Positions 10,773 through 20,316 of a stretch of 64,000 nt of DNA are shown here, one piece after another. The translations under genes were made by a program, and so were the position numbers. Under the pieces are notes generated by a model. It made no database searches and was not told where the DNA came from. It was given only the letters and a program-made list of their open reading frames with translations. Position 1 is the stretch's first letter. The number at the start of each line of letters is the position of its first letter. Source of the stretch: an uncultured Acidimicrobiales bacterium (GTDB taxonomy: Bacteria > Actinomycetota > Acidimicrobiia > Acidimicrobiales > DATKAS01); the NCBI GenBank assembly GCA_963847855.1, contig CAWKBM010000001.1, forward strand, positions 442,892 through 506,891, given 5' to 3'.

Positions 10773-11595
10773 CCCCACCAACCGACGAGGGCGGACTCGA
10801 GACGTTCGCTGAGGCGGTCGACAGCAGCAGGTCGCGGCGGCCTGGACCATCGACAGGATCCTGAGGGACTGGCAGGCCATCAGGAACGCCGCCGTCGCAT
10901 CCTCGCACTCGTCACGAGCCGCGGCTTCGACGGCCTCGGCCGCGGCGCGATGGCACGACTTCGGCGCGACTGCACATCCAAAGGCGAGGCAGATGAGGTC
11001 GAAGCGCCAGTCGCCAGCGCCGGAGATGTCCCAGTCGAAGATCCCCGTGACGGTGTCACCGGTGACGAGGCAGTTGCGATGGTGGAAGTCACCGTGCACC
11101 ACCGTGGTCTGGCTCAACGCGACATCGGCCGTGTCGCGGAGCACGGCACCCAGCTGCGCGTCGAAGCCATGCGGCAGCGGCCCGAGCCCGCGGGACCAGC
11201 GATCGGCCGCTTCACGAGCCAAGTCGTTCCACGCCCGAACGGCGCCCGCGTCGACGTTGTGCTTGCGGACGAGGCCGATCAGCTGCTGCGCGTACCGCAA
11301 GTCGAGCACCTCGGGCACGCGGCCGGGGAGAATCTCCTGCAACGACCAGGAGACGTCGCCATCGGTCCCGGTCCCGACGTAGGTCGGCGCCGGGTAGCCG
11401 CTGGCGCGCATGCGCATGGCGGTCGCTGCGCCAGTCGCCCACTCCGGCGCGAGAGTCGAGTCATCTGATGCCTTGAGGACCAGCGCTGCGCCATCGCCAC
11501 GTCGCACGAGGACCGCGCCGAAGAGGCCTCCTGAGAAACGACGAACGATGGTCAGGTCGAGGAGCGCGGCAGCGCGCTCGACCGGGGAGCGAGTC
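10770..11595 (-). CDS. Aminoglycoside phosphotransferase (APH)-like kinase; both ends approximate, probable 3' frameshift
   Basis: HGDFHHRN and IFDWD motifs within ORF 10689..11732. Confidence 0.7.
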
Positions 11596-12781
11596 AGTCG
11601 AGCTCTGAGCCGACGACGCTCACGAAGCTCACGCACGCGCCCGGCGCGCCGCCGAGGTTGTGGGTGAGAGCCTTCGTCTTGCCATTGGAGATCTGACGCG
11701 GGCCGGCCTGGCCTCGCAGCTGCAGCCAGCACTCGAAGAGCATGCGCAGACCCGACGCTCCGATCGGGTGCCCGAACGACTTGAGGCCTCCGTCGGGGTT
11801 CACCGCGAGCTCACCGTCGAGGTCGAACGTGCCCGCGAGCACTTCCTTCCATCCCATTCCCCGCTCGGCGAACCCGAGGTCCTCCATCAGCACGAGCTCG
11901 GTCGGCGTGAAGCAGTCGTGCACCTCGGCCATGGCCAGCTCGGCACGCGGGTTCTCGATGCCGGCCTGCTTGTAGGCGTCGGCGGCAGAGCGCACGACCT
12001 CGATGAACGACGTGTAGTCGTAGGTCGGGTCGATCGGCCCGGCCGCAGGACCGGCGACGAAGGAGAGCGCCTTCACGTAGATCGGGTTCTCGCAGTACTT
12101 GTGCGCGTCTTCGGCACGGACGATCAGCGCAGCAGCCGATCCGTCGCTCACGCCCGAGCAGTCGAAGATGCCGAGCGGGCCGGCGACGAGCGGCGAGTTG
12201 CAGATGACTTCCTTCGCCACTTCCTTCTTGAACTGCGCACGAGGGTTGAGCGCGCCGTTCTTGTGGTTCTTCCACGCGATGCGGGTGAGGACGTCCTTCA
12301 TCTCGGCCTCGTCGACCCCGTACTTGTTCGCGTACGCGGGAGCGAGCAGGGAGAACGACGCCGGAGCGGTCATCGTCGGCAGCGTGCCGTCGTTCGGCGG
12401 GGCCGAGCCGGTGAGACCGGAGAAGCCCGAGTCCTTCAGCTTCTCGACGCCGATGGCCATCGCGATGTCGATCGCTCCGGCGGCGACGGCATACGCGGCA
12501 TTGCGGAACGCCTCGCTGCCCGTCGCGCACATGTTCTCGAGACGAGTGACCGGCTTGTAGTCGATCTTGAGCGGACGGCTCAGCGTGAGGCCGCTGATGC
12601 CCGAGCCCATCGTGCCGAGCCAGTACGCGTCGACGTCGGCCTTCTTGATGCCCGACGTCGTGAACGCCTCGGTCGCGGCGTCGACGAGGAGATCCTCCGC
12701 GCTCTTGTCCCAGTGCTCACCGAAGGGCGTGCAGCCCATGCCGACGATGGCGACCTTGTCGCGAATGCCATGTGATGCCAT
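11594..12781 (-). CDS. SCP2/HDCF-type thiolase-like acetyl-CoA acetyltransferase
   Basis: ENMCATGS, EVHDCF, GHPIGASG, THNLGG. Confidence 0.9.
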   Translation of the reverse strand: MASHGIRDKVAIVGMGCTPFGEHWDKSAEDLLVDAATEAFTTSGIKKADVDAYWLGTMGSGISGLTLSRPLKIDYKPVTRLENMCATGSEAFRNAAYAVAAGAIDIAMAIGVEKLKDSGFSGLTGSAPPNDGTLPTMTAPASFSLLAPAYANKYGVDEAEMKDVLTRIAWKNHKNGALNPRAQFKKEVAKEVICNSPLVAGPLGIFDCSGVSDGSAAALIVRAEDAHKYCENPIYVKALSFVAGPAAGPIDPTYDYTSFIEVVRSAADAYKQAGIENPRAELAMAEVHDCFTPTELVLMEDLGFAERGMGWKEVLAGTFDLDGELAVNPDGGLKSFGHPIGASGLRMLFECWLQLRGQAGPRQISNGKTKALTHNLGGAPGACVSFVSVVGSELD

Positions 12782-12782
12782 G

Positions 12783-14222
12783 TCAGTTGCCTCCTGCCGT
12801 GTCGCCTTGAGCGATGGGCTTTGCCTTCCAGAAGTAATTGTGCACCCCGTCGGCGGTGAACAGTCGACGGAAGCTCATCTCGACCCGATCACCGATCTTC
12901 ACAGTGGCAGGGTCGACGTCGGTGAGCTCGCATTGGAAGCGACCTCCACCGTCGAAGTCGATCACACCGACGACCACCGGGGGCGACAAAGAGAAGGCCA
13001 GGCGGTCGATGGTGTAGGTGGCGATGGTGGCGGGCACGTCGGCCAGCCGCTCGGGCTCCATCTGGTCCACGGCGCCGCAGCGCACGCACACGCGAGCCGG
13101 CGGGAGGTGTCGGGTGCCGCACGACGTGCACTTCGATCCGACGAACCCGTACTTCCACGGTTCGGTGCGCAACGACGGCGGGGCGGCCGGACGCTCGGGA
13201 TCGGGGCGACGCGGTGGCTCACGCTGCAGGAAGCCGCGCCACGTGAGGTAGGTCTGGTAGCCGAGGTCGTCACGGCCGGCGGCGATCTGCTCTGCAACCG
13301 TTCCGGCGCGACGGCTGCGGTAGGCGACGAGCTCCTCGGTCGTGCGCAGGACGACGGCGTCCGCACCGTCTGACAGGTTCACTCCCAAGATCACCTGCCC
13401 GGCCTCGGCCCGGTCGAGCACGTCGGCGAGCAACAGGCCGTAGTGCGCCGTGCCGGTGTTGCCGATGACGCTCGTGAGGTCGTCGACGATCGCCTCGGGG
13501 CGGGCGCCGATCGACCCGGCGACGCGCTTCACGGCGCGGGAGTGCAGCCCGGTGACGATGACGTGGTCGAGCTCGCTCGGCGTGACGCCCGCGGACTTCA
13601 ACGCGTCGTTGATCGCGATCTCCGCGAGCGGGACGTACGCGTGCTCGCCGAAGCGCTCCTCCCAGACGTGCGACGCATCCTCACCCGGGATCCGCCACCG
13701 ATCGAGGAACTCGTTGGTCGCCGCGCCCCGGCCGACGACCTCGACGAGCGCCCGGCTGTCGAACATCGGGCCCGTGTAGAGGAATGCCACCGCGGCATCG
13801 CCACCGTCGCGCTCGTCGGCGCCCCCGGGGAGCCCGGTGCGGACGTCGGACATCACCGCGAGCATCGGCACGGGCGAGGTCGCCGCCATCCGATGCGCGG
13901 CAACCGCTGATCTCGTCGAACCGATCAGGTCGAACGCGGCGGTTGCCGTCGGCATGCCGAGCGCGGCGTGGATCGCGGTGGCGTTCGTCTTGTCGACGTA
14001 CGGAGGCGATGCGGTCGCGAAGACCAGGGCTTGCGGGGCCAGGTCGCCAGCCCCCTTCAGCGCCTTGCGGGCAGCCTCCACGGCCATCGAGGTCGCGTCC
14101 TCGTCGAAGGACGCAACGGCGCGTGTGCCCTTGCCCCCTCCCGATCCGAGTGCCGCGCCGATCGCGCCACGCTGCAACCGGTAGTAGGGCACGTACGCGC
14201 CGTAGGCCGCGATGCCGGGCAT
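12783..14222 (-). CDS. HMG-CoA-synthase-like domain fused to DUF35 Zn-ribbon/OB-fold
   Basis: GIAAYGAYVPYYRL, DEDATSMAVEA, IGNTG; C-terminal CTSC...CVRC and OB fold ending YFWKAKP. Confidence 0.85.
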   Translation of the reverse strand: MPGIAAYGAYVPYYRLQRGAIGAALGSGGGKGTRAVASFDEDATSMAVEAARKALKGAGDLAPQALVFATASPPYVDKTNATAIHAALGMPTATAAFDLIGSTRSAVAAHRMAATSPVPMLAVMSDVRTGLPGGADERDGGDAAVAFLYTGPMFDSRALVEVVGRGAATNEFLDRWRIPGEDASHVWEERFGEHAYVPLAEIAINDALKSAGVTPSELDHVIVTGLHSRAVKRVAGSIGARPEAIVDDLTSVIGNTGTAHYGLLLADVLDRAEAGQVILGVNLSDGADAVVLRTTEELVAYRSRRAGTVAEQIAAGRDDLGYQTYLTWRGFLQREPPRRPDPERPAAPPSLRTEPWKYGFVGSKCTSCGTRHLPPARVCVRCGAVDQMEPERLADVPATIATYTIDRLAFSLSPPVVVGVIDFDGGGRFQCELTDVDPATVKIGDRVEMSFRRLFTADGVHNYFWKAKPIAQGDTAGGN

Positions 14223-14264
14223 TGCTCCCCCTGTGTGTGTGCCTGTGTGCTCGTTACGAGCTTG

Positions 14265-14894
14265 TTACGAGTAGTACGGGTTCTCGCCGGCGCCGTGGTC
14301 GGTCACGTCCTGCACGCGAGTGACACCGTCGACTGATTCCTTCAACATCGCCTGCACGCCCTGCATCATCGTCATGCGGCTCATCGCGCACCCCTGGCAG
14401 CCGCCACCCATCTTCATGTACACGGTGCCATCGTCCTCATCGACGCCGACGAGCTCGACGAACCCGCCGTGCGCGGCGAGCGCAGGGTTGACCTCATCGG
14501 CGAGGGCGGCCTGCACGCCGTCGACCATCGCACCTTCGGTCGTGAGGTTGCCGAGGTCGAGGGGCTTGGGCTTGTTCGGGTTGCGCAGCACGAGGCCGTC
14601 GTGCTCGTAGTCCAGCGTCGCGCCCTCGAAGTTGTTGATGTCGTTGTTCGGGATGACCACGCGCAGGCCGTCGTGGTTGCGCACCTGCTCGCTCAGCGGC
14701 AACGTGGCCAGCGGCACGAACTCGAGGTCGTAGACGAAGTCGATGCCCTGGCTGCCGTTGATCGAAAGCCGAAGACCGAGGGCCGTACCTTCGGGCTCGG
14801 CGTCGCGCAGCTCGATGAGCTTCGTGCGGGCCCTCTCGGTGAGCGTGATGACGTCGTCGAGGACGATCTCATCGGTCTGGAAGGGCGAGGTCAT
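14265..14894 (-). CDS. nfuA: NfuA/NifU-like Fe-S biogenesis protein
   Basis: Degenerate A-type N-domain followed by VNPALAAHGG...GGGCQGC...DVTDHGAGENPYY. Confidence 0.85.
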   Translation of the reverse strand: MTSPFQTDEIVLDDVITLTERARTKLIELRDAEPEGTALGLRLSINGSQGIDFVYDLEFVPLATLPLSEQVRNHDGLRVVIPNNDINNFEGATLDYEHDGLVLRNPNKPKPLDLGNLTTEGAMVDGVQAALADEVNPALAAHGGFVELVGVDEDDGTVYMKMGGGCQGCAMSRMTMMQGVQAMLKESVDGVTRVQDVTDHGAGENPYYS

Positions 14895-14918
14895 CGACCT
14901 TGACGATACCGTCGGGCC

Positions 14919-15653
14919 ATGCCGATCGACTACTTGGCGTCGCTCCGCGCGGACGCGGCGCTGCTGAGCGCGACTGCACGCGGCGGCTCGCTCGACGTGG
15001 AGGTGCCCAGCTGTCCCGGCTGGGACGTCAACCGGCTGGTGGGCCACATGGGGCGCATCCACCGGTGGGCGACCGAGGCGTGCCGCACCGGCGCCGAGCC
15101 TGTGGCCGACCGGCTCGAGAGGCCGCCGCGGGATGAGACGGTGCTGCCGTGGTTCGACGAAGGAGTCGAGCCCCTCGCCCAGGCACTCTCCGTGCTCGAT
15201 CCCGATGCGCACGTGTGGAACTTCTCGAACGGTCACCAAGACGGCCGGTTCTGGCCTCGCCGCATGGCGATCGAGACCGCGATCCACCGTTGGGACGGCC
15301 AGGACGCGCACGGCGCGGTGACGCCGATCGATCCCGAGCTCGCTTCCGACGGCATGGACGAGCTGCTCGATGTGCACGTCGGGTTGCGCCTCGCCGGCCG
15401 CGACGGGATCGACATCGGCGGATCGGTCCACTTCCACTGCACCGACACGCCCGGCGAGTGGACCGTGCGCACCGACGACGGGCTCGCTCGCGTCACCCGG
15501 GGGCACACGAAGGGCGATGTCGCGGTGCGCGGCCCGGCCTCGTCACTGTTGCTGATGCAGTGGCGGCGCATCCCGCCGGAGGATCCGACCCTCGAGATCC
15601 TCGGCGACCGCGACGTGTTCGACCGCTGGCTCGCCCTCCCCGTCCCCCAGTAA
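14919..15653 (+). CDS. Mycothiol-dependent maleylpyruvate isomerase (MDMPI) family protein
   Basis: VPSCPGWDV..LVGH, RRMAIETAIHRWD, DGMDE. Confidence 0.85.
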   Translation: MPIDYLASLRADAALLSATARGGSLDVEVPSCPGWDVNRLVGHMGRIHRWATEACRTGAEPVADRLERPPRDETVLPWFDEGVEPLAQALSVLDPDAHVWNFSNGHQDGRFWPRRMAIETAIHRWDGQDAHGAVTPIDPELASDGMDELLDVHVGLRLAGRDGIDIGGSVHFHCTDTPGEWTVRTDDGLARVTRGHTKGDVAVRGPASSLLLMQWRRIPPEDPTLEILGDRDVFDRWLALPVPQ

Positions 15654-15661
15654 CCATCGTT

Positions 15662-15702
15662 TGAGCGCCAGAGCGACGATGCGTCGGGCTCGCGCTCAAT
15701 CG
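15662..15702. repeat. 41-bp hairpin-forming imperfect direct repeat, left copy
   Basis: TGAGCGCCAGAGCGACGATGCGTCGGGCTCGCGCTCAATCG; 32/41 identical to 16646-16686; arms TGAGCG/CGCTCA. Confidence 0.85.
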
Positions 15703-15737
15703 CCCGGAATGTCACACCCTCTCGTGATCATTCATGC

Positions 15738-16667
15738 ATGTCTACGCCGAGGATCAACCGCCTCACTCAGATCCAGTACGCCCTGATCACGCGGATGCAG
15801 GCGCTCGCGGCCGGCCTGACAGACGGACAGATAGAGGTCCTTCTACGAAACGGAGTGTGGTTCGAGATACGCCCGTCGGTGTACGCGATCGCCGGCGCGC
15901 CGCAGTCGTGGCATCAGGCCGTGCTCGCGAGCATCCTCGCCCGTGGGAGGTTCAGCTGGGCGACTCACGGCACCGCGACCCACCTCTGGACGTTGAAGGG
16001 ATTCGAGCAGCCCGAGCGCCTCGAGCTGGTCTCGCACCTGGCGTCCGCTGTTCGGTTGGACGGCGTGCGCGGCCGGCGCTCTGGTGCCCTGTTCGACAGT
16101 GACCTCACCGTTCGACACCGGATCCCGACGGTCACGGCGGAGCGGGCTCTCATCGATGTGTCCTCCAGGATGACGGCCGATCGGCTGGGCCGGGTGCTCG
16201 ACGACGCGATTCGACGCAAGCTCGTCGACCTCGAAGAGTTCCGTCGATGCGCAGGTCGTCTGCTTCCCGCGCCGGGTCGTTCGATGTCGAGGGTGCACGC
16301 GGTGCTCGGCGCGCGGATCCCCGGTTACAACCCTGGAGACAGCGACCTCGAGACCCGGGCGCTTCGAGCGCTCACTGCTGCCGGGCTTCCGCCGCCCAAG
16401 CAACAACACCGCATGGTCCTTCGAGGCAAGAAGGTGCGAATCGACCTCGCGTACCCAGATCTGAAGATCGCGATCGAGCTCGACTCGTGGAAGTACCACG
16501 GTGGCGAGAACCTGGCTGCGTTCACAGACGACCGGGCGCGCAAGAACGATCTCATCGCGCTCGGCTGGGCAGCACCGAGCTTCACCGAGTCGATGTCTGA
16601 TGAGTACTTCGTCTCGGTGATCCGAGAACTCCACGAATCAGCGAGTGAGCGCCAGAGCGTCGCATAG
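15738..16667 (+). CDS. AbiEi-like wHTH plus C-terminal DUF559/Vsr-like PD-(D/E)XK nuclease protein
   Basis: ITRMQALAAGL...VYAIAG N-terminus; VTAERALID; SDLE...GLPPPKQQH...RIDLAYP...IAIELDSWKYH...DRARKNDLIALGW. Confidence 0.8.
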   Translation: MSTPRINRLTQIQYALITRMQALAAGLTDGQIEVLLRNGVWFEIRPSVYAIAGAPQSWHQAVLASILARGRFSWATHGTATHLWTLKGFEQPERLELVSHLASAVRLDGVRGRRSGALFDSDLTVRHRIPTVTAERALIDVSSRMTADRLGRVLDDAIRRKLVDLEEFRRCAGRLLPAPGRSMSRVHAVLGARIPGYNPGDSDLETRALRALTAAGLPPPKQQHRMVLRGKKVRIDLAYPDLKIAIELDSWKYHGGENLAAFTDDRARKNDLIALGWAAPSFTESMSDEYFVSVIRELHESASERQSVA

Positions 16668-16686
16668 TCGGGCGGACGCTCAAACG
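16646..16686. repeat. 41-bp hairpin-forming imperfect direct repeat, right copy (contains the stop codon of the DUF559 gene)
   Basis: TGAGCGCCAGAGCGTCGCATAGTCGGGCGGACGCTCAAACG. Confidence 0.85.
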
Positions 16687-16693
16687 GTCGGGG

Positions 16694-17467
16694 TCAGCGG
16701 CCGACTTTGGGGCCGCCGCCGTCGACCTCGATGCGCTGGCCGGTGACGTAGCCCGCGGCGGGGCTGCAGACGAAGACCACGACGGCGGCGACGTCCTCCG
16801 GCTGGCAGACGCGGCCAAAGCCGGAGTACGCGTCGAGCGTGCGGATGTCCTCGACGCCGCCGGCCTTCACGAGCCGACGGCCCATCTCGGTCTCGACCAG
16901 ACCCGGCGCGACGACGTTGACGTGGATGCCGTTGTCGCGCTCCTCCTTGGCGAGGCCGAACGCGAGGGCCTCGAGCGCGGCCTTGCCCATGTTGTAAGGG
17001 GCACCGTTCGCGGCGTAGTGCGACGTGGCGACCGACGAGATCATCACGATGTCGCCGCGCGGCCGTGTGCGCATCGACGGCAACACGCGGCGCGCGAGCT
17101 GGTGGGCGCTCAACGCATGGACGCGCACGAGCCGCTCGAGCTCGTCGACCTCGGTGTCGGCGACCGAACGACCTCGGGATGCGACGCCGGCGTTGTGCAC
17201 GAGGATGTCGACGAAGCCGAAATCGTTGACCGCCGCGTCGACCATCGCGGCCGAGGCCTCGTAGTCCTCGACGGCAGCTCCATACGCGCGCGCCGACGCG
17301 CCGAGCGCCTCGATTGCGGCCACGGTCTCCTTCGCCGCATCGGCGTCGCGCCGATAGTTCACTGCGACCGACGCACCCTGCGCGGCGAGCGCGAGCGAGA
17401 TGCCCGCACCGATGCCCCTTCCGCCTCCGGTGACCAGCGCGACACGACCTTCGAGAGCTCCAGACAT
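16694..17467 (-). CDS. SDR family oxidoreductase
   Basis: TGGGRGIG, HNAG, YNMGK. Confidence 0.9.
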   Translation of the reverse strand: MSGALEGRVALVTGGGRGIGAGISLALAAQGASVAVNYRRDADAAKETVAAIEALGASARAYGAAVEDYEASAAMVDAAVNDFGFVDILVHNAGVASRGRSVADTEVDELERLVRVHALSAHQLARRVLPSMRTRPRGDIVMISSVATSHYAANGAPYNMGKAALEALAFGLAKEERDNGIHVNVVAPGLVETEMGRRLVKAGGVEDIRTLDAYSGFGRVCQPEDVAAVVVFVCSPAAGYVTGQRIEVDGGGPKVGR

Positions 17468-17493
17468 GGGCCGCATTGTGCCAGTGTGAGCCG

Positions 17494-18468
17494 ATGCAGG
17501 AGGGAAGCCGCCGGGCGATCATCGCCGCCTTCCTCGCGAACCTGGGCATCGCGGTCTCGAAGTTCGTCGGCTTCGCCATCACCGGGTCGGCCTCGCTGCT
17601 CGCCGAGGCGATCCACTCGCTGGCCGACACCGGCAACCAGGCCCTTCTCTTTCTCGGCGGCGCCCGGGCGAAGCACGCCGCAACGCCGGAGCATCCGTTC
17701 GGCTACGGCCGCGAACGCTTCTTCTGGGCCTTCGTGGTGGCGGTCGTGCTGTTCACGCTCGGCGGGGCGTTCGCTCTCTACGAGGGCATCGAGAAGTTCC
17801 GGCGCCCGCACGAGCTCGAGAGCTTCGGCGTGGCGATCTTCATCCTGCTCGTCGCCGTCGCGCTCGAGTCGTGGTCGTTTCGCACCGCGTGGCGGGAGGC
17901 GAACCATGAGCGACCGCACGGCGTCGGCTGGTGGAACTTCATCCGCCGCACGAAGTCACCCGAGCTTCCGGTCGTGCTGCTCGAAGACTCGGGCGCACTC
18001 GTCGGCCTGTTCTTCGCCTTGGTCGGCGTCACGATGGCCAAGGTCACCGGCAACCCGCGCTGGGATGCCGTCGGCAGCATCGCCATCGGCATCCTCCTCA
18101 TCGCGATCTCGATCGTCCTGGCGGTGGAGATGAAGGGCTTGCTGATCGGCGAGTCGGCATCGCCGGCCACGCAGGTCGCTATCGCGAACGCGATCAAGGA
18201 CAGCCCGGAGATCCAGGGCATCATCCACATGAAGACCGAGCACATCGGCCCGGATGAGCTGCTTGTCGGGGTGAAGGTCGGCTTCGAGCCGACTCTCACG
18301 ATCCGCGACCTCGCGGACGCGATCAACGCGGTCGAACGACGCATCCGCGCCGCGGTGCCGGAGGCCCGGATCATCTACATCGAGCCCGACGTGCTCCGCG
18401 ACATGGACGAGTTCCCCGAGATCGACGTGCCGCAGGATGTGGAGGACGTGGGCCAAGCGCTACCCTGA
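17494..18468 (+). CDS. Cation diffusion facilitator (CDF) transporter
   Basis: AEAIHSLADTGNQ, HPFGYGRE, EDSGA, IYIEPD. Confidence 0.9.
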   Translation: MQEGSRRAIIAAFLANLGIAVSKFVGFAITGSASLLAEAIHSLADTGNQALLFLGGARAKHAATPEHPFGYGRERFFWAFVVAVVLFTLGGAFALYEGIEKFRRPHELESFGVAIFILLVAVALESWSFRTAWREANHERPHGVGWWNFIRRTKSPELPVVLLEDSGALVGLFFALVGVTMAKVTGNPRWDAVGSIAIGILLIAISIVLAVEMKGLLIGESASPATQVAIANAIKDSPEIQGIIHMKTEHIGPDELLVGVKVGFEPTLTIRDLADAINAVERRIRAAVPEARIIYIEPDVLRDMDEFPEIDVPQDVEDVGQALP

Positions 18469-18473
18469 AGAGA

Positions 18474-18572
18474 CACCACGGGGAGCTCGGGCAGCCGGGC
18501 TGAGAGGGTGGCCGTGAGGCGCCACCGACCCGAGAACCTGATCTGGGTAATGCCAGCGGAGGGAAGACGTGG
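18474..18572 (+). ncRNA. TPP (THI-box) riboswitch
   Basis: GGGGAGC...GGCTGAGAG...GACCC...ACCTGATCTGGGTAATGCCAGCGGAGGGA consensus directly upstream of thiamine genes. Confidence 0.95.
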
Positions 18573-19246
18573 ACCCACTCGAGGGTCGATCGGTTCGGAA
18601 TCGTCCGGTGATCGTGTTCGGAGGGGGTCCGCCGCCGTCTGCCGCCGCGGTCGCACGCCTCCCGACGGGCGCGCAGGTGATCGCCGCCGACTCGGGCTAC
18701 GACCACGCCCGCGCGCACGGCGTCGACGTGGATCTGATCGTCGGCGATCTCGACTCGATCTCATCCGACGCGCTCGAAGCCGCGAAAGCCGCCGGCATTC
18801 CCATCGACCTGCACCCTCAGGCGAAAGACGAGACAGATCTCGCGCTCGCGCTCCTCGCCGCCCGTGACCTGGGCGCGACCCACATCACGATGATCGCCGG
18901 GGATGGCGGACGCCTCGATCACCTGCTGACCGGCCTGCTCGCGCTCACCGACCCGGAGCTCGCCGCTGTCGAGATCGAGGCCTGGATCGGCGACGCGTGG
19001 GTGCGTGCCCTGCACGGGCCCGGCCGCGCGGCGTTGCGGGGACGCGTCGGCGAGGTCGTCACGCTTGCCGCGGTCGGCGGTGCCGCGAGCGGCGTATGCA
19101 CCGAAGGGCTCGAGTACCCGCTGCGAGCCGAGCCGCTCCACGCGGCATCGACCCGCGGGGTCAGCAACGTGTTCGCACAGACGGAGGCCTCCGTGTCACT
19201 CGAGGAAGGGACGCTCTTGATCGTGCAACCCGAGGCACTGACATGA
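18569..19246 (+). CDS. thiN: Thiamine diphosphokinase
   Basis: IAADSG, VGDLDS, KDETD, GGRLDH, GLEYPL, RGVSN. Confidence 0.9.
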   Translation: MDPLEGRSVRNRPVIVFGGGPPPSAAAVARLPTGAQVIAADSGYDHARAHGVDVDLIVGDLDSISSDALEAAKAAGIPIDLHPQAKDETDLALALLAARDLGATHITMIAGDGGRLDHLLTGLLALTDPELAAVEIEAWIGDAWVRALHGPGRAALRGRVGEVVTLAAVGGAASGVCTEGLEYPLRAEPLHAASTRGVSNVFAQTEASVSLEEGTLLIVQPEALT

Positions 19247-20316
19247 GGCGGCTCGCGGTTGCGCTGGCGAGCGTGTTGCTGTTCGCCGCCGCCTGCGGAG
19301 ACGACAGCGGATCGACGTCGACACCGACGGGCCCCGGTACGAACGAACCCGTCACGATCACCCTGCTCACGCACGACTCCTTCGCGGTCAGCGCCGGCTT
19401 GCTCGACGGGTTCACCGAGCAGAGCGGCATCACGGTGAAGGTGCTGCAGGCCGGAGACGCGGGCGTGATGGTCAATCAGGCGATCCTCACAAAGGGAAAG
19501 CCGCTCGGCGACGTGCTGTTCGGGGTCGACAACACCTTCCTCACTCGCGCCGTCGACGCAGGCATCTTCGAGCCGTACACGTCGCCGACGCTCGGCGATG
19601 TGCGGCCGGATCTGGCCGAGCAGACCGGCGGCGGCGCGGTGACACCGATCGACTTCGGGGATGTGTGCCTCAACTACGACAAGGCCTACTTCGGCAAGCA
19701 CGAGCTTCCGCCGCCGACGTCGCTCGAATCGCTCACGAAGCCCGAGTACAAAGACCTCCTCGTCGTGGAGAATCCCGCGACGTCGTCGACGGGCCTCGCG
19801 TTCATGCTCGGCACCGTGGCGGAATTCGGCCCGGATGGCTTCCTCGACTACTGGAAGCAGCTGAAGGCGAACGGCGTCGCGGTCTCCGACGGGTGGGAGG
19901 ACGCGTACAACACGCAGTTCTCGGGCAGCGCGGGCAAGGGTCCGAAGCCGATCGTCGTGTCGTACGCATCGAGCCCACCGGCAGAGGTCATCTTCGCGGA
20001 GACGCCGGTGACCGACGCTCCCACCGCGGCGGTTCCCACGTCGTGCTTCCGCCAGATCGAGTTCGCGGGGGTGTTGGCGGGAACGAAGCACGCGGCCGCG
20101 GCGCAGGAATTCATCGACTTCATGTTGAGCACGACGTTCCAGAACGACATGCCGCTCAACATGTTCGTGTATCCCGCGAACACCAAGGCAGTGCTGCCCG
20201 ACGAGTTCGTGAAGTACTCCGTCGTGCCGGAGCAGCCGCTCACCCTCTCGCCTGACGAGATCGCCGCGAACCGTGACAAGTGGATCGAGGAGTGGACATC
20301 GACCGTGCTCGGATGA
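19243..20316 (+). CDS. thiB: Thiamine ABC transporter substrate-binding lipoprotein
   Basis: Lipobox AAAC; THDSF, GVDNTFL, ENPATSSTG, SYASSP, CFRQIE. Confidence 0.9.
   Translation: MRRLAVALASVLLFAAACGDDSGSTSTPTGPGTNEPVTITLLTHDSFAVSAGLLDGFTEQSGITVKVLQAGDAGVMVNQAILTKGKPLGDVLFGVDNTFLTRAVDAGIFEPYTSPTLGDVRPDLAEQTGGGAVTPIDFGDVCLNYDKAYFGKHELPPPTSLESLTKPEYKDLLVVENPATSSTGLAFMLGTVAEFGPDGFLDYWKQLKANGVAVSDGWEDAYNTQFSGSAGKGPKPIVVSYASSPPAEVIFAETPVTDAPTAAVPTSCFRQIEFAGVLAGTKHAAAAQEFIDFMLSTTFQNDMPLNMFVYPANTKAVLPDEFVKYSVVPEQPLTLSPDEIAANRDKWIEEWTSTVLG

Noticed and set aside
11594-14222. Mevalonate pathway operon
   Set aside because: The HMGS-like domain appears to lack the catalytic Cys, no HMG-CoA reductase or kinases are nearby, and dxs is present
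15738-16667. Complete type IV toxin-antitoxin (AbiE) system
   Set aside because: No adjacent AbiEii nucleotidyltransferase gene
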